This document shows positions 1 through 7,575 of a stretch of DNA of 14,066 nt, in pieces (position 1 is the first letter of the stretch; the number at the start of each line of letters is the position of its first letter). The position numbers and the translations under genes were made by a program. The notes under the pieces are model-generated. The model saw only the letters and a list, made by a program, of their open reading frames with translations, had not been told where the DNA came from and ran no database searches. Source of the stretch: an uncultured Phycisphaeraceae bacterium (GTDB lineage: Bacteria > Planctomycetota > Phycisphaerae > Phycisphaerales > Phycisphaeraceae); contig CAZHJL010000105.1 in assembly GCA_964532795.1 (NCBI GenBank), positions 1-14,066 on the forward strand. The letters are read 5' to 3'.

Positions 1-199
1 ATCAAGCTCAAACACCTATACCCAAAGACTCAGCCGTGACACAGTACTAGGTCGGCCCCCAGGGCGGACCACATCGCAGCACAACGCTCCTGTGCGGCGC
101 ACTTGGGCCGGCGTTCCGATCGGGCGAAGGGCAATCATTACAACTACTTACAAGCGGTAGACGCCCGGCCGCGGCGAATCTGAGCGTGAAGCGAGTGGC

Positions 200-1852
200 T
201 CACGGCTCCTGGTCATCGCTGTCTTTCTCTGCGTCCGGCGCCGATTCTCGAAGCGCCTCGGTCGATGCTGTCGTCGCTCGTCTTTCACCATTGCCTGGCG
301 ATTTGCCGTCGCTCCCGGCGAAACTGGCCAGCGTCTCGGGCAGTTCGACCCCGCCGATATCCTTCATCACCTGCATCATGGGCGGCAGTGTCTTGGCCAG
401 ATTCGTCAGCCAGTTCGCGGTGCTCGAACTGCCATTCTGGTTACTGTCCCAGACGACCACCTTGTCGAACTTGATGTTCGAAATCGCGGCCGACGACGCT
501 TGGACGAGGTTGTCGAAGTGCTCGAGCATCAGCATCTGGAACGCTTCCTGCGCCCCGCCGCAAGCATCGACGATCTCTCGCAGGCCCTGGCCTTTCTTGG
601 CGAGGATCTCGTACTGACCACGGGCTTCCGCGTCGAGCTTCGCAAACAGCGCCGCCGCCTCGCCTTCGGCCTCGATGCGTTGCTTGTTCGCTTCGGCCTC
701 CGCATCGACCTCGATCTTGGCCCTCTGGGCCTTGGCAGGGGCTTCCAGTTCGGCTCGGCGCTCCGCTTCGATGCGCTGGGCTTCAGCCACGGCGGCCTTG
801 GCTTGCGCAAGGTGCTCGGATTCTCGCACCGATGCCTCCGCCCTGACCTTGCTGGTCTCACCCAACTGGTACGCCTCGGCACGCTTGACTTGGAGCGTGG
901 CCTGGGACGCCGCGACATCCGCCTTCGCGACGTTCTCGCCCTCGACGGCCCGCGCATCGGCGTCGGCCACCCGGATGCGCTTTTCGCGATCAGCATCCGC
1001 GATCTGCGCTTCGCGCTGGAAGTTGGCCGTCTTCTCGCCCACCTGCTGTTCCTTGTCCAACTCCGCCACGCGTACCGCCTGGTCGCGCATGGCCTCGCGC
1101 GTGCCGATCGACTGGATCTTCTGCGCGTTGGCGACTTGCACGGCCTTTTCGCGCTCGGCGTCGGCAACCCGGATCGCACCCATCTTCTCGTTGTCGGCAA
1201 CGTCGCCGCGCGCCTTGTTGATCGCTTCGCTGGCGGCCTTCTGCCCGATCGCGTCGATGTAGCCGGATTCATCCGTGATATCCGTGATGTTCACATTGAT
1301 CAGCACAAGGCCGATCTTCCGCAGTTCCGGTTCCAGTGAACTCTGAATATTCGTCAGGAAGCTGTCGCGATCACGGTTGATCTCTTCGATCTGCATCGAG
1401 GCGATCACTTGGCGCAACTGGCCGAAGATGATGTCCTCGGCCTGCTTCATGATCTCGCCGCGGCTGAGCCCCAGCAGGCGGATCGCGGCATTCTGCATGT
1501 ATTCGGGTGATGTGCCGATGGCGACGGTGAACACACTGGGGACATTGACGCGGATGTTCTCGATTGACAGCGCACCGCGCAGGGGGATCTCGATCTGGAT
1601 CGGCTCGAGGCTCAGCCAGGCATAGTCCTGAATGAGCGGGACGACAAATTTCGCGCCGCCCGGCAGGCAGGTGGCTGCCTGGCCGCGGCCGGTCTTGCCG
1701 TAGATCACAAGAATCCGGTTGCTCGGGCACCGCTTGTAACAGCGGGCTAGCAGCATGAGCAGGCTGAGCCCGAGAATGATCACGAGCACGATCAGCAAGA
1801 CGGCCGGCCCGGAAATGGGCAGGTCGACCGCCAGCAGCGGGGCGCTATGCAT
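200..1852 (-). CDS. yqiK: SPFH/band-7 flotillin-family protein (YqiK-like), 550 aa. It has an N-terminal TM helix, an SPFH domain and a long Ala/Glu-rich coiled-coil C-terminus.
   Basis: The 550-aa ORF starts at an ATG whose 8 nt overlap the stop of the upstream NfeD gene (1845-1852). The N-terminus is hydrophobic (LLAVDLPISGPAVLLIVLVIILGLSLLML). The SPFH-like core is followed by a highly repetitive EA-rich coiled coil (…AEAEANKQRIEAEGEAA…), typical of bacterial flotillins. Size and operon partner match E. coli yqiJK. The stop is TGA at 200-202. Confidence 0.85.
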   Translation of the reverse strand: MHSAPLLAVDLPISGPAVLLIVLVIILGLSLLMLLARCYKRCPSNRILVIYGKTGRGQAATCLPGGAKFVVPLIQDYAWLSLEPIQIEIPLRGALSIENIRVNVPSVFTVAIGTSPEYMQNAAIRLLGLSRGEIMKQAEDIIFGQLRQVIASMQIEEINRDRDSFLTNIQSSLEPELRKIGLVLINVNITDITDESGYIDAIGQKAASEAINKARGDVADNEKMGAIRVADAEREKAVQVANAQKIQSIGTREAMRDQAVRVAELDKEQQVGEKTANFQREAQIADADREKRIRVADADARAVEGENVAKADVAASQATLQVKRAEAYQLGETSKVRAEASVRESEHLAQAKAAVAEAQRIEAERRAELEAPAKAQRAKIEVDAEAEANKQRIEAEGEAAALFAKLDAEARGQYEILAKKGQGLREIVDACGGAQEAFQMLMLEHFDNLVQASSAAISNIKFDKVVVWDSNQNGSSSTANWLTNLAKTLPPMMQVMKDIGGVELPETLASFAGSDGKSPGNGERRATTASTEALRESAPDAEKDSDDQEP

Positions 1853-2534
1853 GGTGGGTCCTTTCGCTTTCGAGCACCGGTTCGACGGTGACGGTATCCG
1901 CGGTGACCACCCCGGTCACCACCACTTTGATGCCCGGCACCAGCTTCTCGCCGGGTGTTCGGGCCAGGTATTCCATGGTTCGGTTCTGTAGGTTGAGCTG
2001 TATTTTTCCGGTGCCGCCTTCCTGGCCGGGGATGGTCGTGTAGACCGTTCCGTGCAGGCCCACGGCCCCCGCGATGCGAGGCGTGCCCTCGGCCTTCAAC
2101 CGCAACAGCGCCCGCATCAGGTAGTACACGCCGTACATTGCGCCCGCCGCGGCCGCAACCGCCACCACAATCTGCACCTCCGGCGGCGAACCGGCGGTCT
2201 GCGCTGTCCACCCGGCCAGCCCGAAGAAAGCCAGCGCCGCCACTACCGTGCGGAACGAGAGCACGCGGAAGATCCCCGTGGAATGCTCGTGAACGGCGTG
2301 ATGTGCGTCCGCATCGACATCGAGATCGGTATCCGTCGAGAAATCAGCGTCGGCGTCGGCCATCTCGCCGACCTCGCCCGGCACATCCACGTCCAGCGCC
2401 TCGGCTCCGAAGCCAATGAGCGTCAGCAGAAACTGCACGACAAGTATCGTGCCGCCGACAAGCCCGCAGATGATGAAGACCGTGGTCACGTTTCCGACTC
2501 CCGGCTTAGACCGCCCCAGAGGGGGCCCGCCCAC
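1845..2534 (-). CDS. yqiJ: NfeD-family membrane protein (YqiJ-like, short-form NfeD with C-terminal OB-fold). The annotated start is GTG at 2534; an alternative GTG at 2489 has a better RBS.
   Basis: There are three hydrophobic helices (VTTVFIICGLVGGTILVVQFLL; FRTVVAALAFFGLAGW; IVVAVAAAAGAMYGVYYLM). A C-terminal beta-rich OB-like segment follows (GLHGTVYTTIPGQEGGTGKIQLNLQ…KVVVTGVVTADTVTVEPV). The stop TAG at 1845-1847 overlaps the flotillin ATG, which is the classic NfeD-flotillin operon. Start choice is uncertain: rc of 2487-2489 gives GTG preceded by GGGAG 8 nt upstream. Confidence 0.8.
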   Translation of the reverse strand: MGGPPLGRSKPGVGNVTTVFIICGLVGGTILVVQFLLTLIGFGAEALDVDVPGEVGEMADADADFSTDTDLDVDADAHHAVHEHSTGIFRVLSFRTVVAALAFFGLAGWTAQTAGSPPEVQIVVAVAAAAGAMYGVYYLMRALLRLKAEGTPRIAGAVGLHGTVYTTIPGQEGGTGKIQLNLQNRTMEYLARTPGEKLVPGIKVVVTGVVTADTVTVEPVLESERTHHA

Positions 2535-2793
2535 TGCTCAGGCACAAGATGCACGTGCCCGATTATCGTGAGCGGGTCGCCCGCTGCCAACCCAGCAGGC
2601 AGAATACACATCCAACAGCCCGCCCGCTGCGCCGGAAGTGGGAAAGACGTGGTCGCCCGTTGTATATCTGATACACAGCACTAACCGTGCAACGGGATAG
2701 CGGTTCACCTGTTCACTCTGGCCGCCCGCCACGCCACAACCCCACCCAGAACCGCCCCGAGCATGGCGGCCCCGACACCGAAGCGATGAGAAG

Positions 2794-2866
2794 TGGCCGG
2801 GCTGGGACTCGAACCCAGGACCCACGGCTTAAAAGGCCGCTGCTCTGCCAACTGAGCTACCCGGCC
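2794..2866 (-). tRNA. tRNA-Lys (anticodon UUU), 73 nt, CCA not encoded.
   Basis: Reverse complement reads GGCCGGG-TA-GCTC-AGTTGGCA-GAGC-A-GCGGC-CTTTTAA-GCCGT-GGGTC-CTGGG-TTCGAGT-CCCAG-CCCGGCC-A. This gives a perfect 7-bp acceptor stem, D arm, anticodon stem (one G-U pair), a 7-nt loop with TTT at positions 34-36, and a T-arm with TTCGAGT. Confidence 0.9.
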
Positions 2867-3070
2867 CCGATTGGGGAAAGACCGTACATTCTTGTTGCCG
2901 ACGGCCGGCTGTCAAATCAACTGGTCCGGTGGACAAGAGCGGGGCGCCATGAGGCGTTTCTGTCCCCGAGCCGCTGGCCGCACTTGACCGTCCGGGCGAT
3001 TCCGCTAATCTTTGGGGCTTCAAACCGGAAAAGGCATTCAACCGATACCGGTCTGTATAGACAACCCGTT

Positions 3071-3142
3071 TCCCCGATAGCTCAATGGTAGAGCGAGCGG
3101 CTGTTAACCGCTAGGTTGTAGGTTCGAGTCCTACTCGGGGAG
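3071..3142 (+). tRNA. tRNA-Asn (anticodon GUU), 72 nt, CCA not encoded.
   Basis: Reads TCCCCGA-TA-GCTC-AATGGTA-GAGC-G-AGCGG-CTGTTAA-CCGCT-AGGTT-GTAGG-TTCGAGT-CCTAC-TCGGGGA-G. All stems are Watson-Crick, the anticodon loop CTGTTAA gives GTT, and the T-loop is TTCGAGT. It closely resembles canonical bacterial tRNA-Asn. Confidence 0.9.
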
Positions 3143-3146
3143 CTTT

Positions 3147-3181
3147 CCCCAGTCACAAACAAGTGGCTGGGGCTTTCTTTT
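3147..3181 (+). terminator. Rho-independent terminator immediately 3' of tRNA-Asn.
   Basis: ccccagtcac / gtggctgggg form a 10-bp stem (one G-U pair) around the loop aaacaa. The hairpin is followed by cTTTCTTTT. Confidence 0.75.
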
Positions 3182-3413
3182 AGCTGCGGGCGGGTTGCGC
3201 AAGCCGCGTCGTCAACGTCAGTTCCGGCAACCCGTTACGCCGCTGCCGCTCTCGCCGATCCGCCCTGTCCAGTTAAACCCGCCGCCGCTTCGGCCGCACT
3301 TCGCCCGGCGCTCTCAGACTCTCGCCGCTCTCCCGTCCAACGGGTTAACAGACACGTTCGGGGTGGACCCTGCGTGGACCGAAACACCGTCGACCTCGCG
3401 TTCGCCGGACGTT

Positions 3414-3442
3414 TTGCCTAGTCGTGGGGTGTCCGGTAATCT
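3414..3442 (+). promoter_or_regulatory. Candidate sigma70-type promoter for the three-gene operon: TTGCCT, a 17-bp spacer, then TAATCT.
   Basis: The -35 TTGCCT is at 3414-3419 and the -10 TAATCT at 3437-3442 with a 17-bp spacer. It lies ~40 nt upstream of the ATG at 3481, which has its own SD (GGGGGA, 7-nt spacing). Confidence 0.4.
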
Positions 3443-3480
3443 TCACGGTTTACACTGGCGCTACTTTGGGGGATTTGCGC

Positions 3481-4590
3481 ATGGGTTTTTGGCACACGGG
3501 CTATGCCGAGTTCCACGAGGAAGTCGGCTTGGGCGACATTCAGGTCACCGACACCCCGGCACCTCGCTACTGCTGTGATCAGTGCGAAGCCGTTTTTGAT
3601 TCATTGGAGAAGCTTCGAACTCATCGTTTCGAGAAACATCCCATCGAACGCCCCTGCCTGCTAATTCGTGGTGTTGATGTGAACACCCAGCCCTTGGTAA
3701 TCAAGTCACCACTCTCGCCCTCCGACGTAACGGTGTTGTCGACAGAAGAGGTGGTTCTGAACGGGCAGTCACTCGCTTCGAACTCGTTAGGCGAGGCGCT
3801 CTCACGATGCCAATCAGGAACAGCGCGCATTGTTCTTTCGGGCGATTTGGCGCAGACGCCGAGAACCCTCCACTTCATGATCGCCACGCCCGACGACCTG
3901 GCTGGCGTAGAGCAGTCTTTCATGTCCACTGCAGCCGATGGACGGCTTGACCGGCGTGCCATCGAACAGTTCATCAGTGCGGCCAAGCGATTCCCGACCG
4001 CAGAGGCATACTGCGATGGCATCTGCGAGTATCTGTATGGCGTACTGGCCAAGGAGCGTTCCAGCGCCGTGGACGTACCGTACGAGCGATACCGAGACAA
4101 GCTCAATCGTTCGATGGAAGCCCTTCGTGATCTCCATCGTCCTTTAGCGAGACAGATTCTCGGCCTCATTGATTTCAACTTCAATCTGATGCAAAGCGCC
4201 AAGCATCGTGACCCAACCAGCCGCGTTGGCTTTGCGGCTGCACGTCTGCGGGCTTGGGGGAACGGCGACATTGCGCCCGATCCCCGCTCGACCACGCGAC
4301 GAACAGCGATCGATCGTGCATTGACCGACGCTGATACAGAAGCCATTGTCTCTTGGGCATGCCGGGGCCTGACAGATCTGGTTCAGTATGTCAACGATAT
4401 TGATGAGTTCTCGCGCAAACCGCTCGCCGAGTTCGACAAGAGCAAGTGCCATATCATGATGGTTACATTACGCCTTCACATGGGTGACATTGAGGGCGCG
4501 AGGCGGCACGCCAGAGAGCTCTACCACTTGGAGAACCCAGAGCTCTCAGGGCGTGGGCTCGTCAAGCTGATTGAAGAGCGAACGGCCTGA
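3481..4590 (+). CDS. Hypothetical protein (~369 aa) with an N-terminal C2H2-type zinc-finger motif. It is the first gene of the three-gene operon. An upstream in-frame GTG at 3424 would extend it to 388 aa.
   Basis: The long ORF has coding-like composition. ATG 3481 is preceded by GGGGGA at 7-nt spacing. The motif C-x2-C-x12-H-x4-H (CDQCEAVFDSLEKLRTHRFEKH) lies near the N-terminus. The rest is mostly helical with no recognisable catalytic motif. The stop TGA is at 4588-4590. Confidence 0.8.
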   Translation: MGFWHTGYAEFHEEVGLGDIQVTDTPAPRYCCDQCEAVFDSLEKLRTHRFEKHPIERPCLLIRGVDVNTQPLVIKSPLSPSDVTVLSTEEVVLNGQSLASNSLGEALSRCQSGTARIVLSGDLAQTPRTLHFMIATPDDLAGVEQSFMSTAADGRLDRRAIEQFISAAKRFPTAEAYCDGICEYLYGVLAKERSSAVDVPYERYRDKLNRSMEALRDLHRPLARQILGLIDFNFNLMQSAKHRDPTSRVGFAAARLRAWGNGDIAPDPRSTTRRTAIDRALTDADTEAIVSWACRGLTDLVQYVNDIDEFSRKPLAEFDKSKCHIMMVTLRLHMGDIEGARRHARELYHLENPELSGRGLVKLIEERTA

Positions 4591-4612
4591 CCACAAAGGA
4601 ACCATAACAACC

Positions 4613-5794
4613 ATGGGCGACGCGAACAGCATTTCAGGGCATCACGACGAACAGAGCCAACCCACAGATATAGACGGCTCGACGGAGTCTACGCCGAGCC
4701 GGCCCCCGGACGGTCCACCTCGTGACGATGCCTCTTCTGCAGGCGCGACTCCGAAGCGGAAGCCTTCCAATCCTAAAGGGCCGAAATACGAGGCGTTCGA
4801 GGACCTTCTGAGGCATGTCTACTCACGCAAGGGACAGCCAGTCACACTTGCGAAGAAAGATGCTGTGCATCTGGCCGACCAAGCAGTGCCTGACGAACTT
4901 CTGAATGACCTAGTGCCGGAACTGGCGCGGGCGGACCGTGTGCTGGCTGTACCAGCCCAGTTCCTCCTCGCAGGAGTACCGCACCGGCCGATGCTCAAGC
5001 TCTGGCGGCAGATCGAGCGGACCTACTTCATCATGCTGCAGCACCACCCGGGCTCAGCGAGACTGCTTGAGTTGCTGCATGAAGCGCGATCTGCCAACAA
5101 GCCCGCATGGTCCGCCCTCGACGTTGCCACGGATGACAGAGACGTCACGTCGCTACCAGCAGTTGACCCCGACAAGCCTTTGAAGAAGGCCGACCGCCTT
5201 AAGCTGCAACACAATCTGGTGTTCAATGTCGTCGTCTGGCTCAATCAATTCGCTTCGGTGAACACATCCACGATCGTGAGAAAACTCCATAACCAGCAGT
5301 GGTCACATGCGATCGCATCGGTGCGGAAGCCACTGGATCGCCTGAAGCTGTTGCACAAGCTCACAGACTATGCTGCGGCCGGCATGGCATCGTCCGCGTT
5401 CGCAGAGGAGGCACAGGCGCAAACCCAGGCTGCCGAAGATGCGGCACAACGCGAAATGGAAGCTGCCACCGCACTCGCTGAGTCGGAAGAACGCGTGCAG
5501 GCACTGGAGCAGAAAACCCAATTGCTTTCTTCAGACATCCAAGTCCTTCAGACGCAGTTGGAGCAAGCCAAGCAGAAGCACGAGGCCGACATGATTCATG
5601 CGGCAAACGATCTGGAACAGCTTCGTTCGCGCGTCGTTCGGGCGATCGAATCCGAAGTTGATCTTCTTCAGGAAGGGCTCGCGGCCCTAAGGCGCGACCC
5701 TCCGAAGACTCACGTCATGGATGATCACGCCGAACGTGCTATCAATGGCCTAAGGGCCGCAATCAACTCATTGAATGATGGGGGTAACTCATGA
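4613..5794 (+). CDS. Hypothetical protein (~393 aa). It has a Pro/Ser/Asp-rich disordered N-terminus, a helical middle region and a C-terminal coiled coil. It is the second gene of the operon. An alternative TTG start at 4571 overlaps gene 1.
   Basis: ATG 4613 has AAGGA ~12 nt upstream. The ORF runs to TGA 5792-5794, which overlaps the ATG of the next gene (ATGA). The C-terminal ~120 aa are heptad-like (…VQALEQKTQLLSSDIQVLQTQLEQAKQKHEADM…). No J-domain (HPD) or GrpE signature was seen. Confidence 0.75.
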   Translation: MGDANSISGHHDEQSQPTDIDGSTESTPSRPPDGPPRDDASSAGATPKRKPSNPKGPKYEAFEDLLRHVYSRKGQPVTLAKKDAVHLADQAVPDELLNDLVPELARADRVLAVPAQFLLAGVPHRPMLKLWRQIERTYFIMLQHHPGSARLLELLHEARSANKPAWSALDVATDDRDVTSLPAVDPDKPLKKADRLKLQHNLVFNVVVWLNQFASVNTSTIVRKLHNQQWSHAIASVRKPLDRLKLLHKLTDYAAAGMASSAFAEEAQAQTQAAEDAAQREMEAATALAESEERVQALEQKTQLLSSDIQVLQTQLEQAKQKHEADMIHAANDLEQLRSRVVRAIESEVDLLQEGLAALRRDPPKTHVMDDHAERAINGLRAAINSLNDGGNS

Positions 5795-7575
5795 CGACAG
5801 CTGGATTCGATTTCGGGACCACCAACAGCTTGGTGTCACATATCGTCGGGGATCGCGCCATCAGCCATTTCGATAGCCGTGGTCTCCCCATCTCCTCCGT
5901 CGTCTGCTACGAGGGGGGTAACGTCATCGTTGGTCGAGAGGCCAAAGACCGCCTCGAGGACGCGGGCCTTGGCGTTTACGGGAACATAGTGCGGTCACCC
6001 AAAATCCTAATGCAGGATGACTCGATCTACGTCGATGGCGTAGAACGCAGCACAATCGATGTCGTGGCAGATGTGATCAAGGGCGTCAAAGACCAGACGC
6101 TTGCGAGGCGGGCCGGAAGCATGGATACCCTCGACGCAGCCGTCGTCACCATCCCGATCACATTCGAGGGCGAGCGAAGAGCCAAGCTCCGCGAGGCCTT
6201 TGGGCGAGCAGGTATCCGAATCGTTCAGTATGTGCATGAACCACTTGCCGCACTGTACGGCTACTTCCGATCTGCGGGCGGCGTCGAGGAGAACCTTCGT
6301 CGGTACGATCGCCAGCATGTTTTGGTCTTCGACTGGGGTGGCGGAACACTGGACCTCACGCTCTGCCGCATCGAGAACGGCATGATCCTCCAGATTGCCA
6401 ACGATGGCAGCGATGAAGTCGGAGGTGATCGATTCGATGACGCGCTACGCAATGAAGTGGTTCGGCTTGGTCGTAAATCACAGGACGTAACAGAGGGAGC
6501 GTCGGTTCACCCAGACGCGAACGCCCGCCTCCTGCAGCGATGTGAACGCGCAAAGATTGATCTGTCCGAGCGAGATAGTGTCGAGGTGTATGTGGATCAC
6601 TTCTTCCGCGATGTGGCCAATGACGCTCTGGATTTCAAAGTGACTCGCCAGTTCCTTGAGGATGTGACCAAGCCCATCATCGATGCCGGCACCGATCGCA
6701 TCGACCGACTGCTCGAGGCTGCGATGTTGTCCCATCCGCAGATTGGCTTGTGCCTTGCTACTGGCGGCATGCTCCATATGCCTGCCATCCGCTCACGCTT
6801 GCATGAGCGATTCGGACCTCAGCGTGTCTGTGTTCCGGAGTCTGGCGCGGGCGCGATCTCCGTTGGAGCCGCATGGATCGCCCATGACAAGGCCGCTCTG
6901 CGGCTGGCCAAGACGGTCGAGCTTGCCCTTGCGCGGCAGTCATACCTGCCGCTTCTCAAAGCGGATACCCGGATGCCCATGCAAGGAGAAGTGCGCGGTG
7001 ACAACTTCGATCTGTATTGCGTCGATCCGCGTGATGGGTTTGCGAAACTACAGATTGTCTCGCCGAAGCGACCTGGAAGACACGTCCGTCCGAACGACAC
7101 CCGCAAGGTGCTGTCAACGATGACAGTCAATGTGGACAACACGGCCAAGCCGTTCCGCGAGCGCCTTCAGATGCGCGTCGAGGTGGATGACAACCTGATC
7201 CTTCACGCTACAGCCGTATCGCTCATGAACGGACACCATGACCAAGTTGAGATTCACGACCTCGAGTTCTGCATCTCGCTGGGAATGGATGGCACTGATC
7301 GGGCAAAGGACGATGACTCGGAGGCTGAGTCACAGGTGGACGGTGAGCCGCCACCACCGGGCGCAGTGGCACTTCGTCCGAACGTATCCAGCCATGTTGA
7401 GTCCTCGCTCGTGCCGGGCGAACTTTGGTACGAACACCAGCCCCAGGACTTCGATGTCCGGCTGCAGCCGCCGAGGATTCAGGTCGAGGAGCGACTGTAC
7501 TACGAGCCATGCAAGCTATGCGGGCGGCCGTCATACGACCCGCGCTGCAAATGCGTCTACGGAACGATGAAATAG
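5791..7575 (+). CDS. Atypical Hsp70-family (DnaK/HscC-like) ATPase, 594 aa. It has a complete actin-fold nucleotide-binding domain and a beta-sandwich substrate-binding-like domain. There is no helical lid. The C-terminus is a Cys-rich tail (CKLCGRPSYDPRCKC).
   Basis: Hsp70 signature motifs appear in order: FDFGTTNS (phosphate-1), VVTIPITF…EPLAALYGY (connect-1), VFDWGGGTLDLT (phosphate-2), GGDRFDDAL, ERAKIDLS, LATGGMLHMPAIR (adenosine). RVEVDDNLILHATAVS resembles the DnaK SBD beta8 strand. The SD GGGGG sits 6 nt upstream and the start overlaps the upstream stop. Confidence 0.85.
   Translation: MTTAGFDFGTTNSLVSHIVGDRAISHFDSRGLPISSVVCYEGGNVIVGREAKDRLEDAGLGVYGNIVRSPKILMQDDSIYVDGVERSTIDVVADVIKGVKDQTLARRAGSMDTLDAAVVTIPITFEGERRAKLREAFGRAGIRIVQYVHEPLAALYGYFRSAGGVEENLRRYDRQHVLVFDWGGGTLDLTLCRIENGMILQIANDGSDEVGGDRFDDALRNEVVRLGRKSQDVTEGASVHPDANARLLQRCERAKIDLSERDSVEVYVDHFFRDVANDALDFKVTRQFLEDVTKPIIDAGTDRIDRLLEAAMLSHPQIGLCLATGGMLHMPAIRSRLHERFGPQRVCVPESGAGAISVGAAWIAHDKAALRLAKTVELALARQSYLPLLKADTRMPMQGEVRGDNFDLYCVDPRDGFAKLQIVSPKRPGRHVRPNDTRKVLSTMTVNVDNTAKPFRERLQMRVEVDDNLILHATAVSLMNGHHDQVEIHDLEFCISLGMDGTDRAKDDDSEAESQVDGEPPPPGAVALRPNVSSHVESSLVPGELWYEHQPQDFDVRLQPPRIQVEERLYYEPCKLCGRPSYDPRCKCVYGTMK

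Noticed and set aside
1-199. Possible gene or terminator at the window's left edge.
   Set aside because: The only open frame to the edge translates to low-quality sequence. I found no clean hairpin with a T-run. It was left unannotated as the non-coding 3' flank of yqiK.
600-1300. Apparent DNA-level tandem repetitiveness (gcc/gcg/ctc periodicity).
   Set aside because: It reflects the Ala/Glu-rich coiled-coil repeats of the flotillin C-terminus, not a CRISPR or VNTR array. The spacers are not unique and the repeats not discrete.
186-1339. Plus-strand ORFs (186-617, 265-474, 500-1339, 675-1262) and the minus-strand ORF 529-1272 overlapping the flotillin gene.
   Set aside because: They are antisense or out-of-frame to a well-supported 550-aa gene. 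Their compositions are Arg/Ser/Ala-rich and typical of high-GC artefacts. None has an RBS.
2052-2825. ORFs 2052-2684 (+), 2138-2419 (+), 1792-2211 (-), 2538-2825 (-).
   Set aside because: They overlap the NfeD gene in other frames or run into the tRNA-Lys gene. They have Arg/Pro-rich junk translations.
2687-3091. 134-aa plus-strand ORF spanning both tRNA genes.
   Set aside because: It reads straight through tRNA-Lys (antisense) and into tRNA-Asn. The tRNA structures explain the sequence.
2794-3142. Tyrosine-integrase-style integration at the tRNA 3' end.
   Set aside because: No tyrosine integrase gene and no direct repeat of a tRNA 3' segment are visible in the window. Only a serine recombinase is present, so tRNA-targeted integration is reported as a hypothesis, not a feature.
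3195-3578. 127-aa Pro/Arg-rich ORF in the operon leader.
   Set aside because: The composition is low-complexity (PLPLSPIRPVQLNPPPLRP). It overlaps the better-supported gene-1 start. There is no RBS, so it is likely a GC-driven artefact within the promoter/leader region.
3621-4452. Minus-strand ORFs (3621-4346, 3814-4137, 4144-4452) antisense to operon gene 1.
   Set aside because: They are antisense to a coding-quality ORF and have no translation signals.
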